From the human T2T-CHM13v2.0 reference genome, Homo sapiens, in the NCBI RefSeq assembly GCF_009914755.1, contig NC_060930.1: 64,000 nt of DNA. The stretch is one strand, 5' to 3'. The stretch's first letter is position 1. Every line of letters begins with the position of its first letter. Position numbers and translations under genes: made by a program. Below are positions 27,462 to 41,545 of this stretch, one piece after another. The notes beneath the pieces were generated by a model. It was given only the letters and a program-made list of their open reading frames with translations, had not been told where the DNA came from and made no database searches.

Positions 27462-29725
27462 TGTATTAGTCTGTTTTCACACTACTGATAAAGACATACC
27501 CAAGACTGGGCAATTTACCAAAAAAAAAAAAAAAATGGTTTAATGGACTTAAAGTTCCACGTGGCTGGGGAGGCCTCACAAACATGGTGGAAGGTGAAAG
27601 GCACATCTCACATGGTAGAAGACAAGAGAAGGGAGCTTGTACAGGGAAACTCCCCCTTATAATAACCATCAGATCTTGTGAGACTTACTCACTATCATGA
27701 GAACAGCACAGGAAAGACCTGCTCCCATGATTCAATTACCTCCCACTGGGTCCCTCTTACAACACGTGGGAATTCAAGATGAGATTTGGGTGGGGATACA
27801 GCCAAACCATATCATTCCACCTCTGGCCCCTCCCAAATCTCATGTCCACACATTTCAAAACCAATCATGCCTTCCCAACAGTTCCACAAAGTCTTAAGAC
27901 ATTTCGGCATTAACTCAAAAGTCCACAGACCAAAGTCTCATCAGAGACAAGGCAAGTTCCTTCCACCTATGAGCCTGCAAAATCAAAAGCGACTTAGTTA
28001 CTTCCTAGATATAATGGGGATACAGGCATTTGGTAAATACAGCCATTCCAAATGGGATAAATAGGCCAAAACAAAGGGGCTACAGGCCCCATGCAAGTCT
28101 GAAATTTAGCAGGGTAGTCAAATGTTAAAGCTCCAAAATGATCTCCTTTGACTCCATGTCTCATATCCAGGTTATGCTGTTGCAAGAGGTGGGTTCCCAT
28201 GGTTTTGGGCAGCTCAGCCCCTGTGGCTTTGCAGGGTACAGTCTCCCTCTTGGCTGCTTTCATGGAATGGTGTTGAGTGTCTGCAGCTTTTCCAGGCACA
28301 TGGTGCAAACTGTTTGTGGATCTGCCATTCTGGGGTCTGGGGGATGGTGGCCCTCTTCTCACAGCTCCACTAGGTGGTGCCCCAATAGGGACTCTGTGTG
28401 GGCATTCTGACCCCACATTTCCCTTCCAAACTGCCCTACAGAGGTTCTCCATGAGAGCCCCACCTCTGCAGCAAACTTCTGGACATCCAGGTGTTTCCGT
28501 ACATCCTCTGAAATCTAGGTGGAGGTTCCCAAACCTCAATTTTTGACTGCTGTGTACCAGCAGGCTCAACACTTCGTGGAAGCTGCCAAGGTTTGGGGCT
28601 TCCACCCTCTGAAGCAACAGCCTCAGTTGTACCTTGGCCCCTTTTAGCCATGACTGGAGCAGCTGGGACACAGGGCACCAAGTCCCTAGGCTGCACACAG
28701 CACAGGGACCCTGGGCCCAGCCCATGAAACCCTTTTTTCTTTCTAGGCCTCTAGGCCTGTGATCAGAGGGGCTGCCATGAAGATCTCTGACATGGCTGGA
28801 GGCATTTTCCCCACTGTCTTGGAAATTAACATTTGACTCCTCGTTTCTGATGCAAATTTCTGCAGCTGGCTTGAATTTCTCCTCAGAAAATGGGATTTTT
28901 TTTTTCTATTGCATTGTCAGGCTGCAAATTTTTCAAACATTTATGCTCTTCTTTCCTTATAAAACTGAGGGCCTTTAACAGAACCCAAGTCACCTCTTGA
29001 ATGCTTTGTTCCTTAGAAATTTCTTCTGCCAGATACCTTAAATCATCTCTCTCCAGTTCAAGTTCCATAAATCTCTAGGGCAGGGGAAAAATGCCACCTG
29101 CCTCTTTGCTAAAACATAACAAGAGTCACCTTTGCTACAGTTCCCTAGTTCCTCATCTCCATCTCAGACCACCTCAGCCTGGACTTCGTTGTTCATATCA
29201 CTATCAGCATTTTTGTCAAAGCCATTCAACAAGTATCTAGGAAGTTCCAGACTTTCCCACATTTTCCTATCTTCTTCTGAGCCCTCCAAACTGTTCCAAC
29301 ATCTGCCTATTACCCAGTTCCAAAGTCGCTTCCACATTTTCAGGTATCTTCAGCAACATCCCACTCTACTGGTACCAATTTACTGTACTAGTCCGTTTTC
29401 ATGCTGCTGATAAAGATGTACCTGAGACTGGGCGATTTACAAAAAAAAGAAGGTTTAATGGACTTGCAGTTTCACGTGGCTGGGGAGTCCTCACAATCAT
29501 GGTGGAAGGTAGAAAGCATGTCTCACATGGTGGCAGACAAGAGAAGAAAGCTTGTGCAGGGAAACTCCCCTTTGTAATAACCATCAGATCTCCTGAGACT
29601 TACTATCACAACAATAGCATGGGAAATACCTGCCCCCATGATTCAACTACCTCCCATCAGATCCCTCCCACAACATGCGGGAATTCAAGATGAGATTTTG
29701 GTGGGGACACAGCCAAACCATATCA
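27462..29725 (-). mobile_element. Complete THE1 (THE1A/B-like) MaLR provirus: LTR 27462-27814, internal 27815-29383, LTR 29384-29725
   Basis: Two ~350-bp direct LTRs with TG...CA ends, ~1.57-kb THE1 internal region, and a perfect 5-bp TSD CCCTG at 27457-27461 and 29726-29730. Confidence 0.93.
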
Positions 29726-29821
29726 CCCTGGTAATTGGCAATGTTATTTTATATGGCAAAAAGGGAGTTTGCAGAAGTGATTAAGGATCTTGAGATGGCG
29801 AGGTTATCCTGGGTTATCTGA

Positions 29822-30115
<294 letters not shown>

Positions 30116-32019
30116 TGATGTAGACACTAAGCAATGCCTACTGCCATAAGAAGCTGCAAGAGGCAAGGCATGGGCCCCAGAGGGAGTGCGGCCCTGCTAA
30201 CACCTCGATTTGGACCCAGTGATACTGACTTTGGATGTCTGTCCTTCAGAATTGTGAGAAAATAAACATCTGTTGGTTTAAGCCGCCAAGTTGGTGGTAA
30301 TTTGTTATATCAGCCATTGTAAACTAAAGTGGAATGAAATGGGGCATCTCTTTGCCAGTGTTTCCATTTACAGAGAGAAAACCTTTTCCAAAAATCCACT
30401 ATAGACTTCACGGATGCTTAGGAAATAAGTATCTGGCAATTTTAGCCTCTAACTATTCTGCAAGCAAGGAAAAAATATGGTGTAATAGTTTTGGGAAAAG
30501 CAACCAATTGTGTCTTCCGTGATAGCAAATAAAGTGACCAATTCACAGACAGTAGGAGGGAGATGGAACTGGAACATATCATTCTGGCCAAATCCCAAAG
30601 TCAAGCATTGGAACCTACTGAATTTAAGAGTTGACTGCACTCTTACAGTGAACAGTTTCACCAGCATCAGGGTATCACATTGTCTTTTCTACCAAGTGAG
30701 TCAGTGTTCTTTTGTGAGGACACAGATAGAGGCACTGCCAAGGAAACAGGCCACGTTTCCCTGGGATAAGTTCTTACGCAACTTGGGTAAGAACGCAAGG
30801 AAGCACACAAGCAAAGGAATACTTTTTTCTGGAGGTGGAGATTCCTTAGCAACCTTTAACCACCACAGCATTCTATCTTCTGACTCTTGGTTCCGTCTTT
30901 TGGGATGCTGTCCACATGCAAAGGAGGTGTATTCTCAGCTTTCTGCTCCTCTATGGATGGCTTCCCTGAAATTCCAATTTCTAATTCACACAAAGATAGT
31001 CATCTAGAGGATCTTCCTGTTGGCTATTCACCAGTTGATTTGGGGGAGAAGGGAACTCTTTTGTTTTGCATTCAGAGTTTAGTGCTTGTGTGAGTATTTG
31101 CCTCCCTTTTATACTAACTAAGCTGGCTGAAGACCTGAAGGCTCTGGAAGAGCTCAGTTTCTGCTGCAAAGAGAGGGAGAAGCCCTGCTAGGAGATCCCT
31201 ATACTTAGAGCGTTTGTTTGAGTTAAACATCTTTCAAATTTGAGTAGTAGTTCTACACTCAAGTATATGTCTCTCTTTTTTTCTTTATTATTTAAAAAAA
31301 ATGTGGAAGGTTTTGGCTTTGGCTTACAGAGTGTTCTAAAACACAAAATCTTGTCATCTGGAAAATGCCTCTTTTTGCTACTCTTAAATAGGAATAAATT
31401 TGAAAGGAACCCACACAGAGACCACCAAGTGATGTGATGGCTCTTTGTTGCCCCCAAAATTCACAGGCAAATGCTTCTGCTGACCCACAACTTGGGACCA
31501 GTGAGGATTTAAATCTACTACTTATGGGATTGTAATTCTCCTACTGGGCTGTTAATCTGATTGTTTATTAAAGCTCTGCTGACTTGTTCGTTTAATGTAT
31601 TCGACATACTGGGCCCTTAACTTCAATATACAGCACTGGCTACATTTCAAGTGTCTAATAGCTACAGGTGGCTAGTGGCCGTTGCAGTTCTAGAGTCAGT
31701 CCATTGCTGTATCATCTGCACATTAGTAAGTCTCAAGATAACATTTTCAGCCAGGTATTGGCACTTACAGGCAGGAGTATAGACCAGATATTTTGCAGAA
31801 GGTAAGTTTTCACTGGGCCCTTAACTTACATTGGATAGACACTTATCTACTTTGTATATTGCCTGTCTGATATCTCTATGTATATATATATATATATGTC
31901 TTTTATGATCCTGAAATATCCCGCTTGAGAATTCTTAGGAAGAGACAGAATGTGGGAGAAAGTCACATAATAAATGTATGCTTGAGGGCAACGTCTAAGA
32001 TCAATACTGTAAGAACTTT

Positions 32020-32317
32020 AGCCTGGGCACAGTGGCTCACACCTATAATCCCAGCATTTTAGGAGACCGAGACGGAAGACTGTTTGAAATCAGGAGCTTG
32101 AAGTCAGCCTGAGCAACATGGTAAGACCCCAACTCTATTAAAAACAAACAAACAAGCAAAAAAACTAGTTAGTGCAGTGGCTTGTGCTATAATTTCAGCT
32201 ACTTAGGAGGTTGGAGAATCATTTGAGCCGAGGAGTTTAACACTGCAGTAAGCTATGATCACGCCACTCCACTCCAGCTTGGGCAACAGCATGAGACCCC
32301 ATCTCTAAAAATAAAAA
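32020..32317 (+). mobile_element. AluJ-like element
   Basis: Diverged dimeric Alu with GCAGTAAGCTATGATC (J-type) and A-rich tail. Confidence 0.88.
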
Positions 32318-33828
32318 TACCAAATAAAACTTTGGACACCAAGGGCTGATGTTCTACATGGTTATATCTCTATATTTCTCTCCTTCCTCTTTTGTTTGTT
32401 GTCTCTTTCTGAAGTTATGCCTCTTTTTAGTATTGCTACCTTTCTTCTTCTTACTACTTCTTTGACATAATATTGGAGCCTGGAATATCTGGGGCTGCTT
32501 TCACTGTTAGGGATGCACTTTTTAGGTAAACATAGTACATTAGCAAGAAGAACAGAGAACATTAGAGAGGCCACATAATTTTTCTGAATTTACACTATAT
32601 AAAAAGTTATCCAGTGTGTAAAGAGACAGGATTTCAAACCTTGAGTTGACAGAGGTTATGATCTTGGCCAAAATTTATGGACTTAAAATTTCAGATATTT
32701 GACTTCTAGGCTACTGACAAATATATCTGTTAGGAGTGCTTTCAGCTGCAAATAACAGAATTCCTGATCAACAGTAGCTTAAACATGGAGAGGTTTCATG
32801 TTCTTAGGTAACAAGGAGCCTTCAGGTAACTGAATGCTGGCATTGGTTCTGCTGTTTGACAGAATCCTCAGGGATTCCACTCCACCATCCTTAGTGTACT
32901 CACGTTCAACTAAATGCTTGCTACCTCATGGACACAGATGGTTGCTGACACAGCAGACACTGAATCTTTGTTCAAGGAAGAAAGATGTTCTCATCAGAAA
33001 AACAAAAGCTTTTCGAGAACTCTGTCCCCTGGGAAGCCCCAGCTACAAGAGAGGCTGGGAAAATGAGTAATTAGCTTCTTAGTCTCTGAAGTGGACAATG
33101 TAAGAGAGAAGACACTATTGAGTTAGTGAGCAAACGATGACAGCCATAATGTGGTTCTCTAACAGCTGATATAGTAGCTAACATATATAGAGGGCTTGTG
33201 GGATGTAAGATATACAAGCGTTTCACAGATGTAATTTCCTCTGATCCTCACAACAATTCCTTGATTTATGCCTACTATTATTATCCCTCCATTCTTAGTT
33301 GAGAAAACTATATCTTAGAGATGCCAATTAATTTACCCAAATCACATGGAAATTCCCTTGTTGCGTTACCCTATCTCCATAATGACCAAATAGCTACCCT
33401 TATTCATAGATTCCCTTCCACATAATTTATACTTTTTTTGAAATACATGCTTAATATTTTACTCCATAAAGGCAGAGTGATGGAGAGGAAGGAGTCGGGT
33501 AACTTGGTTTCTGGCTTGAGAAATTCTGATAGTATGGCTCATTCCCTGAGAAAGGAAGGGTAGTTTTTGGCAGACATTATGTACATCCCATGTCAGGTGG
33601 GTTTAATAGAGGGTACCTATTGGTCATCGAAGTGGCTCATGTTAAGAGGTGTCTGGAGTGCAGGAGAAATTTCATAGAATTGACCTATGTTGTCTAGGAG
33701 ATTGATGATCACAGCCAAACCAGTATCACCTTCCTAAAACTTCCTTTTCTTAAGAAATAAGAAAGTAAGCAGAAGAGATGTAGGGATGAGTAATGGATAC
33801 AAGTGGCTTCTTTTCTGCTCACCAATAC

Positions 33829-34425
33829 TGTGGGAGGAAGTTTCTGAGACAGCCCCAATTATGCCTGCCTCCTGATATCCCTGATTATGTCTGCCTCCTT
33901 GCATATGAACCTACTCTTCCTTGAGTGGTCTGGACTTGTGACTTGCTTCTGATTAATAGGATAACAACAAAGGTGATGAGCTATCATTTCCATAATTATG
34001 TTACAAGCATGTAACCTCTGTCTCATTAGCAGATTTTCTCTATTTGTCTTCTTGGCTTTCATGCTTTGGTGAAGGAAATAGCCATGTTCAAGAGCCCCAT
34101 GTAGCAAGAAGAGGTTCATGTGGCAAGGATCTTAGGGTGGCTGTTGGCTGACAGCTAGCAAAGAACTGAGGCCCTCAGTCCAGCAGCCTTTGAGGAACAG
34201 AATTCTGCCAACAACCTGAGTGAGCTTGGAAGTGGATCCTTCCCCAGCCAAGCTTTCAGATGAGACCCTAGCCCTGGTCACCAATATGATTGTATCCTTG
34301 TGAAAGACCCTGAAGTAGGGGGCCCAGCTCAGTTGGATTCCTGACCCACAGATGTGGAGATAATAAATGTGTGTTGTTGAAACCATTATACTATGGTAAT
34401 TTATTAAATGGCAATAGATAACACA
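33829..34425 (+). mobile_element. MLT1(E/F/G-like) solo LTR
   Basis: GAATTCTGCCAACAACCTGAGTGAGCTTGGAAGTGGATCCTTCCCCAG and ATAATAAATGTGTGTTG...GCAATAGATAAC. Confidence 0.75.
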
Positions 34426-35019
34426 TACAAACACCCAGAGTTTAGTTGAGGGATCAGGGGATAGGCCCATGTGGCCATTAGCTGGGGTATATGCTTACCT
34501 AATTCAAAAGTCAAAGGAGAGCAGACTATCTTTTATGATTCTGAAATACAGAAGGGAGATTGCTTATATTTGGAAATAAATTACCTGGTTGGTCAATTAA
34601 AACCAGAACTGAGAATCAAAGCATTTGATTCACTGGAGAAAAGAGAAAACCCTGAGAGGAATGCAGTTATATTTAGAGCAGCCTCTGAGCAGCAACAGCT
34701 GGTGTCTGAATGAGGCCAGCACATCTTATGGGAGTGGTATATGAGCCTCGGGAGGCAGATAAACATTAGACATAACCATGAAGCAAAAGGCTGTAGATGG
34801 TGCTGAGGAAGCCAGGGAATCAAGGGGTGTATCATGGGAAGTTGTAGATTTTCCTCTACTGGAATCCATAAAGAATAAGGGATCTTGTAAAATAACTTTT
34901 AAAAAATTCAAAATAGTGATTACAATCATTCAGTGTTCCTGTTCTGTGAGCAATTTCCTTTCTTTCCTTTCTCCTCTTCTATTTTACAGTAGCCATTGAC
35001 ACTTTTTACATTAATCTAC

Positions 35020-35730
<711 letters not shown>

Positions 35731-36038
35731 TTTCCTAACCACTAAATGCCTATAAAATGTAAGCTCAGTAAGGGCAGGGACTTGGGCTGTGTTTTTCACT
35801 GAGCTGTCTTATCTTTCCAAGGCCTGTTACAGTGCCTGGCACAGGCACATAGTAGACCCTCAATAAATGTTTGTTGAATGAATGAACGATGGTCTCTTCT
35901 CTCTGATGCTCTGAGATGGAGGAAATCGCTGAGAACAGATCAGGTAATGAGGCATTTTTTTTTTCCATAAGAGGTAGAAAGTTTTTATGTAGTGTTGTAT
36001 AAAATATTTTTCAGTTTTATGATAAGATTTATAAAGAT

Positions 36039-37689
36039 GCTCAGTCGTCACCACCAGCACGTGCACCATGTCCTCCCGCTGCTGCGTGCTCCTCTGCCAG
36101 TGGCAATGGAAGAAGAGATCCCCGCGCTCTTCATTGACAATGGCTCCGGCATGTGAAAAGCAGCTTTGCTGGGACAATGCCCTCCGAGCCATATTCCCCT
36201 CCATCATCGGGCACCCCCGGCACCAGGGCGTGATGGTGGGCATGGGCCAGAAGGACTCCTACGTGGGCGACCAGGCCCAGAGCAAGTGCGGCATCCTGAC
36301 CCTGAAGTACCCCATCAAGCATGGCATCGTCACAAACTGGGACGACATGGAGAAGATCTGGCACCATGTTTTCTACAACGAGCTGTGCGTGGCCCTGGAG
36401 GAGCAGGTGGTGCTGCTGACCGAGGCCCCGCTAAACCCCAGGGCCAATAGGGAGAAGATGACTCAGATCATGTTTAAGACCTTCAACACCCAGGCCATGT
36501 ACGTGGCCATTCAGGCCGTGCTGACCCTCCACAGCTCTGGTTGCACCACTGGCATTGTCATGGACTCTGGAGATGGGGTCACCCACACAGTGCCCATCTA
36601 CGAGCGCCACACCCTCCCTCACACCATCTTGCATCTGGACCTGGCTGGCCAGGACCTTACTGACTACCTCATGAAGATCCCTACCTAGCGCAGCTATAGC
36701 TTCAACACCATGGCCAAGTGGAAAATCGTGCGCAACATCAAGGAGAAGCTATGCTATGTCGCTCTGGACTTCGAGTAGGAGATGGCCACTGCTGCATCCT
36801 CCTCCTCCCTGGAGAAGAGCTACGAGCTGCCTGACAGCCAGGCCATCATTATTAGCAATGAGCGGTTCCGGTGTCCGAGGCACTGTTCCAGCCTTCCTTC
36901 CTGGGCATGGAATCCTGTGGCATCCATGAAAGTACCTTCAACTCCATCATGAAGTGTGATATGGACATCCCCAAAGACCTGTACGCCAACACAGTGCTGT
37001 CTGGCGTCACCACCATGTACCCTGGCATCCCCAATAGGATGCAGAAGGAGATCACTGCCCTGGCATCCAGCACCATGAAGATCAAGATATCGTGCCCCCA
37101 GAGTGCAAGTACTTTGTGTGGATCGGTGGCTCCATCCTGGCCTCACTGTCCACCTTCCAGCAGATGTGGATTAGCAAGCAGGAGTACAACGAGTCGGGCC
37201 CCTCCATCATCCACCGCAAATGGACTGCGAGCAGATGCATAGCATTTGCTGCATGGGTTAATTCAGAAGTATAAATTTGCCCCTGGCAAATGCATATACC
37301 TCATGCTAGCCTCACGATACTGGAATAAGCCTTTGAAAAGAAACTGTCCTTGAAGCTTGTATCTGATATCAGCACTGGAGCATAGAACTTGTTGCTGATT
37401 TTGACTTTGTATTCCAGATAACTGTTGCCCTTGGTATTTGTTTAATACCCTGTACATATCTTTGATTTCACCCCTTAGTACACATGGCTTGGTCACTTCG
37501 TGGCTGAGGTAAGAATGTGCTTGTGGAAGACAAGTCTGTGGCTTTGTGAGTCTGCGTGGCCAGCAGTCTCTGATCTGTGCAGGGTATTAATGTGCCAGGG
37601 CTGTGTGTTCTGGGATTTCTCTAGAGGCTGGCAAGGGCTCCTGAACCAGTTGTTTCTGTCCTACCAGTCTGTCAGGGTTGGAAAAGTCC
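36039..37689 (+). pseudogene. ACTG1P9: Processed gamma-cytoplasmic actin pseudogene
   Basis: Intronless; ATG GAA GAA GAG ATC (MEEEI, gamma-actin N-terminus) at 36106; ACTG1-like 5' and 3' UTRs; in-frame stops at 36154 (TGA), 36686 (TAG) and 36776 (TAG), several frameshifts, native stop deleted near 37221. The P9 number is from recalled map position. Confidence 0.92.
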
Positions 37690-38059
37690 TCCAACTTTTA
37701 TCTTAAAAAGCAGACTCCAATTTTTATCTTCAAGGGTACAGGAAAGAGAGAGGAAAAAAGGGCAGGGAAGGAAAGGCCCAGTGGGTAATGACAGACAACC
37801 TGTCCCCAGAAGCAGAGAAGGGGATGGGGGGTTTCCATGTTCTTAGAATCCCCCTGACCTGATCTTCCTGAATTGGGCTGACAACCACCAGAGATTCCTT
37901 GAATCTTTGCTGTTGTCCTTAGACAGCCATAGGACCCAGAATTGTCCCTATTGATATTTAACCTGTAGAAGACGACCACCAGAACCAATGGCATAAAATC
38001 ACAGCCATACCTGCAGAACCCAAGGCTGGCTAGCTGCTTGGACTTGCCCAGTCACTCCT

Positions 38060-38320
38060 TAATCTTGATCCTAGCACTATGGGAGGCTGAGGTAGGCACA
38101 TCGCTTGAGCCCAGGAGTTCAAGACCAGCCTGGGCAATATGGTGAAACCCTCTGTACAAAAAATACAAAAATTAGCCAGGCACAGTGGCATGCACCTGTG
38201 GTCCCAGCTACTTGGGAGGCTGAGGTGGGAGGATCACCTGAGCCCAGGAGATTGAGGCTGCAGTGAGCCTCTGCACTCCAGCCTGGGTAACAGAGTGAGA
38301 CCGTGTCTCCAAAAAAAAAA
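38060..38320 (+). mobile_element. AluJ-like element, 5' end degraded
   Basis: GCTTGAGCCCAGGAGTTCAAGACC and GGTGGGAGGATCACCTGAGCCCAGG; poly-A at 38311-38320. Confidence 0.88.
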
Positions 38321-39512
38321 GTGACCCACATTTTACACATCTGCATTTTTACACCTCAGTTATTTTGTTAAGATTTTCCTCCAGTATTTATGACTGGTAG
38401 GTTAGCTATCTCTGGGCCTGAATAGGTCTGATACAGCCCTGTCTGAGCATAGGACACTGAGCTCTAGTATTTCTCATGTTTCTTTCTGCCTGTGGATCTA
38501 TGAATCAAGGATCCCAATGCTGCCATCCACTGTACAATTTCAGAAACAAAGCATGGCAAGGAGAGCCAGCAAGGATCTCAACTCAACTTACCTGAGCACG
38601 CCACTCCTGGCAAGATCTGCCCACTGTTCCAGGAACAGAAACAATGTTCCACACAAACCGAGACTGAGACTGTGTGCTATGGTGGAAATCACTGTGCTGG
38701 TAACAGACACAGCAGGGCTAAGGCTCATACAAGGACAGGAGTGAACAGCAATGCCTAAGCACTCTTTTCAGCCTCCCGGAGATTTCACTCTTTGTTTTAT
38801 TTCTGCCAAGCTCTCTGGTGTAGGGTACTTCACTCTTGACATTAGCTAGCTTCCTGTGGTGTTAAATGAGTTCAAATACTACAACATGGGTGACAGAATT
38901 TTATAAACCCTGAGGCACGATGACAATGTACAGGCTGGCTGTAGCTATGGCCACTCTACCCTTTCTTCTTGTCCAAATGTGGGGTGCAGTGCAGTGTTGA
39001 AAACTGTAGGCTCTGGACTCAGACTACCTGACATTGAAGCTTTAAGCTATTTATTTAACTTTTGCTCATCTAGGCTTCCTCATCTTAAAAATGAAGAAAT
39101 ACTAATAAGAATCAACTTTATGAGATGGTCTTGAGGTTTAACTGAGGAAAAATTCATGTAAAGGACAACACAGGGAACAAAATAGTTAATAGAAATATTA
39201 GTTGATATTCCTTAAGTGAACAGAGCTAGATGCTAACTTTTCTCTGGTTTCTTTTCCTTGATGTTATCTTTTCAACATGTTGCCTTGGCACTACCAGTAG
39301 ATAGCCGTGGTCTAGCCAAAGGCCTGAATGAGAGCTATCTAGGGATTATGAGTTGTAACAAAACAACAAAATAGATAACGTACTTCTGTAGGCCAGGGTA
39401 GATTACTGTTCTAAAGGATGTCACCTGTAAGGCCTTGAGAAAAGTATAGGCTGTTAGAAAACTTTCTCCCAGCACTGTTACCATTTATGGGAAACTGATA
39501 GAGATATAACAT

Positions 39513-39561
39513 CTACATTTGCTTGTCTCATCTCTGGCTACATTTGCTTGTCTCATCTCTG
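39513..39561. repeat. 25-bp tandem duplication
   Basis: CTACATTTGCTTGTCTCATCTCTG repeated at 39513 and 39538. Confidence 0.95.
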
Positions 39562-40560
39562 ACACATTTCTTATTGTGACACATCCCATTGAGAGAAGAA
39601 CTGCAAGTCTCTTTTCAGGAATTGTATGAATTCAATTTTCATACATTGAGATGAGAGGGTATGAATGAGTATGAAGTAGAATGTTTCTTTCAAGAGGACT
39701 CTGAGTCCTCAGGCAGTCTAGGGGATAATCAATGATATTTCTAGTGAAGAAAATGACTATGAAAGAAAGTCATTCAGATTTCTGGCTGCACATGGTCAAT
39801 TAAACTCATAGTTTATTTTTACTCCCTTCAAAACCTTGTTAGAAAAAGGAAGAATGTTATAAGCCCACAAGGACAGGAAGAATTGCAACAACATTTTGGA
39901 AGCTAGAACGCTGAAGAAAGTTTGTTGCTTACTTCACAGATTAGAGACAGCTGAAATCTAACCAGGTTTCTTTGCATCAGCCTCCTCAGGAGGCAACCCA
40001 GGGGGATGATGCAAAGGAAAGAAGCTCAGTAATTTTAGGTGCCAGGTAACTCTGAAAGTGGGGTGAAGGTAGGACTAAAAATAGATTGTTTGACATAGAG
40101 AATAAAAGGCAACTAGAATCCTAGATCACTCTCCCATCCCCTTTCCACCTGAGAAGATGACTAGAGGCCAGATTCCCTGGAGATACCAAACTAGGAAGAA
40201 TTGGGTACCAGGGATGCCAGCTACAGCTGAGGTGGGTATGAGACTGTACTGAAGACACTCTACGTACTGGGTGGCTCCCTTTTCTGTAAGCTCCTAGAAT
40301 ATTGGCCACTAGACTTAAACTCTCCAGGCAGGAGATTGAATGCCTCTTCTCTGAATAAACTGATTAGCCAAAGAGAAAAGCTATAAACATAGAGTTAGAA
40401 GTCCCACAGTGAAACTGCATATCCAGATCAACCCACCATGAAATTCAGTCAACAAGCTCCACTCATAATCACACAATCAATCCAATCACACTTTTCAGTG
40501 TTTCCCTAAAATATAAGCAAGGAATCAAGGACACTAAGACATTTGAGAAAAGCCTCTAAA

Positions 40561-40761
40561 CAAGGTTTTACTAATCTCAACGCTACTAATATTTGGGGCT
40601 GGATAATCCTTGTTGTGCTGTGCATTGTAAGATATTTAGCAGTATCCCTGGCCTCTACGTACTGGATCCCAGTAGTGCAAATTCCCAGTTGTGACAGACA
40701 ACAAAATACATCTCCAGACATTGCCCTCAGAACTAAAATCTCTTCATATTAAGAACCACTG
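40561..40761. mobile_element. MER20 element
   Basis: TTTGGGGCTGGATAATCCTTGTTG, TCTCCAGACATTGCC, TAAGAACCACTG. Confidence 0.8.
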
Positions 40762-40949
40762 TTCAAACAGGAAGAGAGAGGTAGAGCTGAGAAAGAGAAA
40801 GAATGAGAAAGGAAGAAAGAAACAAATAAAGAAAGAAAAAAGGAAATAGGAAAAAAGAATGCAAAGGAAATAAGAACAAAAATGAACAAAAATATTATCT
40901 TCAGAGTGATAAAAGAAGATATTGTATTCATAAAACAAGAGCAGGTGGT

Positions 40950-41258
40950 GCCAGGCACAGTGGCTCATGCCTGTAATCCCAGCATTCTGGGAGGCCAAGA
41001 CAGGAAGATCACTTGAACATAGGAGTTCGAGACCAGCCTGGACAACATGGAGAAACCCCATCTCTGCAAAAAATACAAAAATTAGCCAACGATGTTGGCA
41101 TATGCTTGTAGTCCCAGGTACTTGGGAGGCTGAGACAGAAGTATAACCTGAGCCTGGGAAGGTTGAGGTTGCAGTAAGCCGTGATCATGCCACTGGACTC
41201 CAGGCTGGGTGAAAGAGTGAGACCCTGTCTCAAAAAAGAAAGAAAGAAAAAAAGAAAA
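40950..41258 (+). mobile_element. AluJ-like element
   Basis: Dimeric Alu with J-type features and A-rich tail. Confidence 0.9.
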
Positions 41259-41545
41259 AGCAGGAGGTAATAGAAAAGAAACATTCAGGAATAAAAAAAT
41301 CCTCTCAGAAATTAAATACATGTCAACAGAAAGAAAAATAAATAAAAGTGTTGAAAGATAATGTTTCAGAAATTTCCCAGAAAAATAGAGCCAAAAAGTC
41401 AAAGAGATAGAAAATTGTAGAGAAAGAAAACAGGAATTTGAGAACAATTTTGGAAGACTTAAGGTCCAACTAGTAGATATCCTTCGAATAATAGGAGGGA
41501 ACAGTGAGATAGATATAGGGGAGGAAAGTTTCAAATAAGCTGTTT

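Noticed and set aside
27994-28725. 243-aa minus-strand ORF
   Set aside because: Lies within the THE1 internal region; a degenerate MaLR ORF remnant, not a host gene.
30510-31007. 165-aa plus-strand ORF
   Set aside because: Non-ATG start and no homology I can recognise in either orientation.
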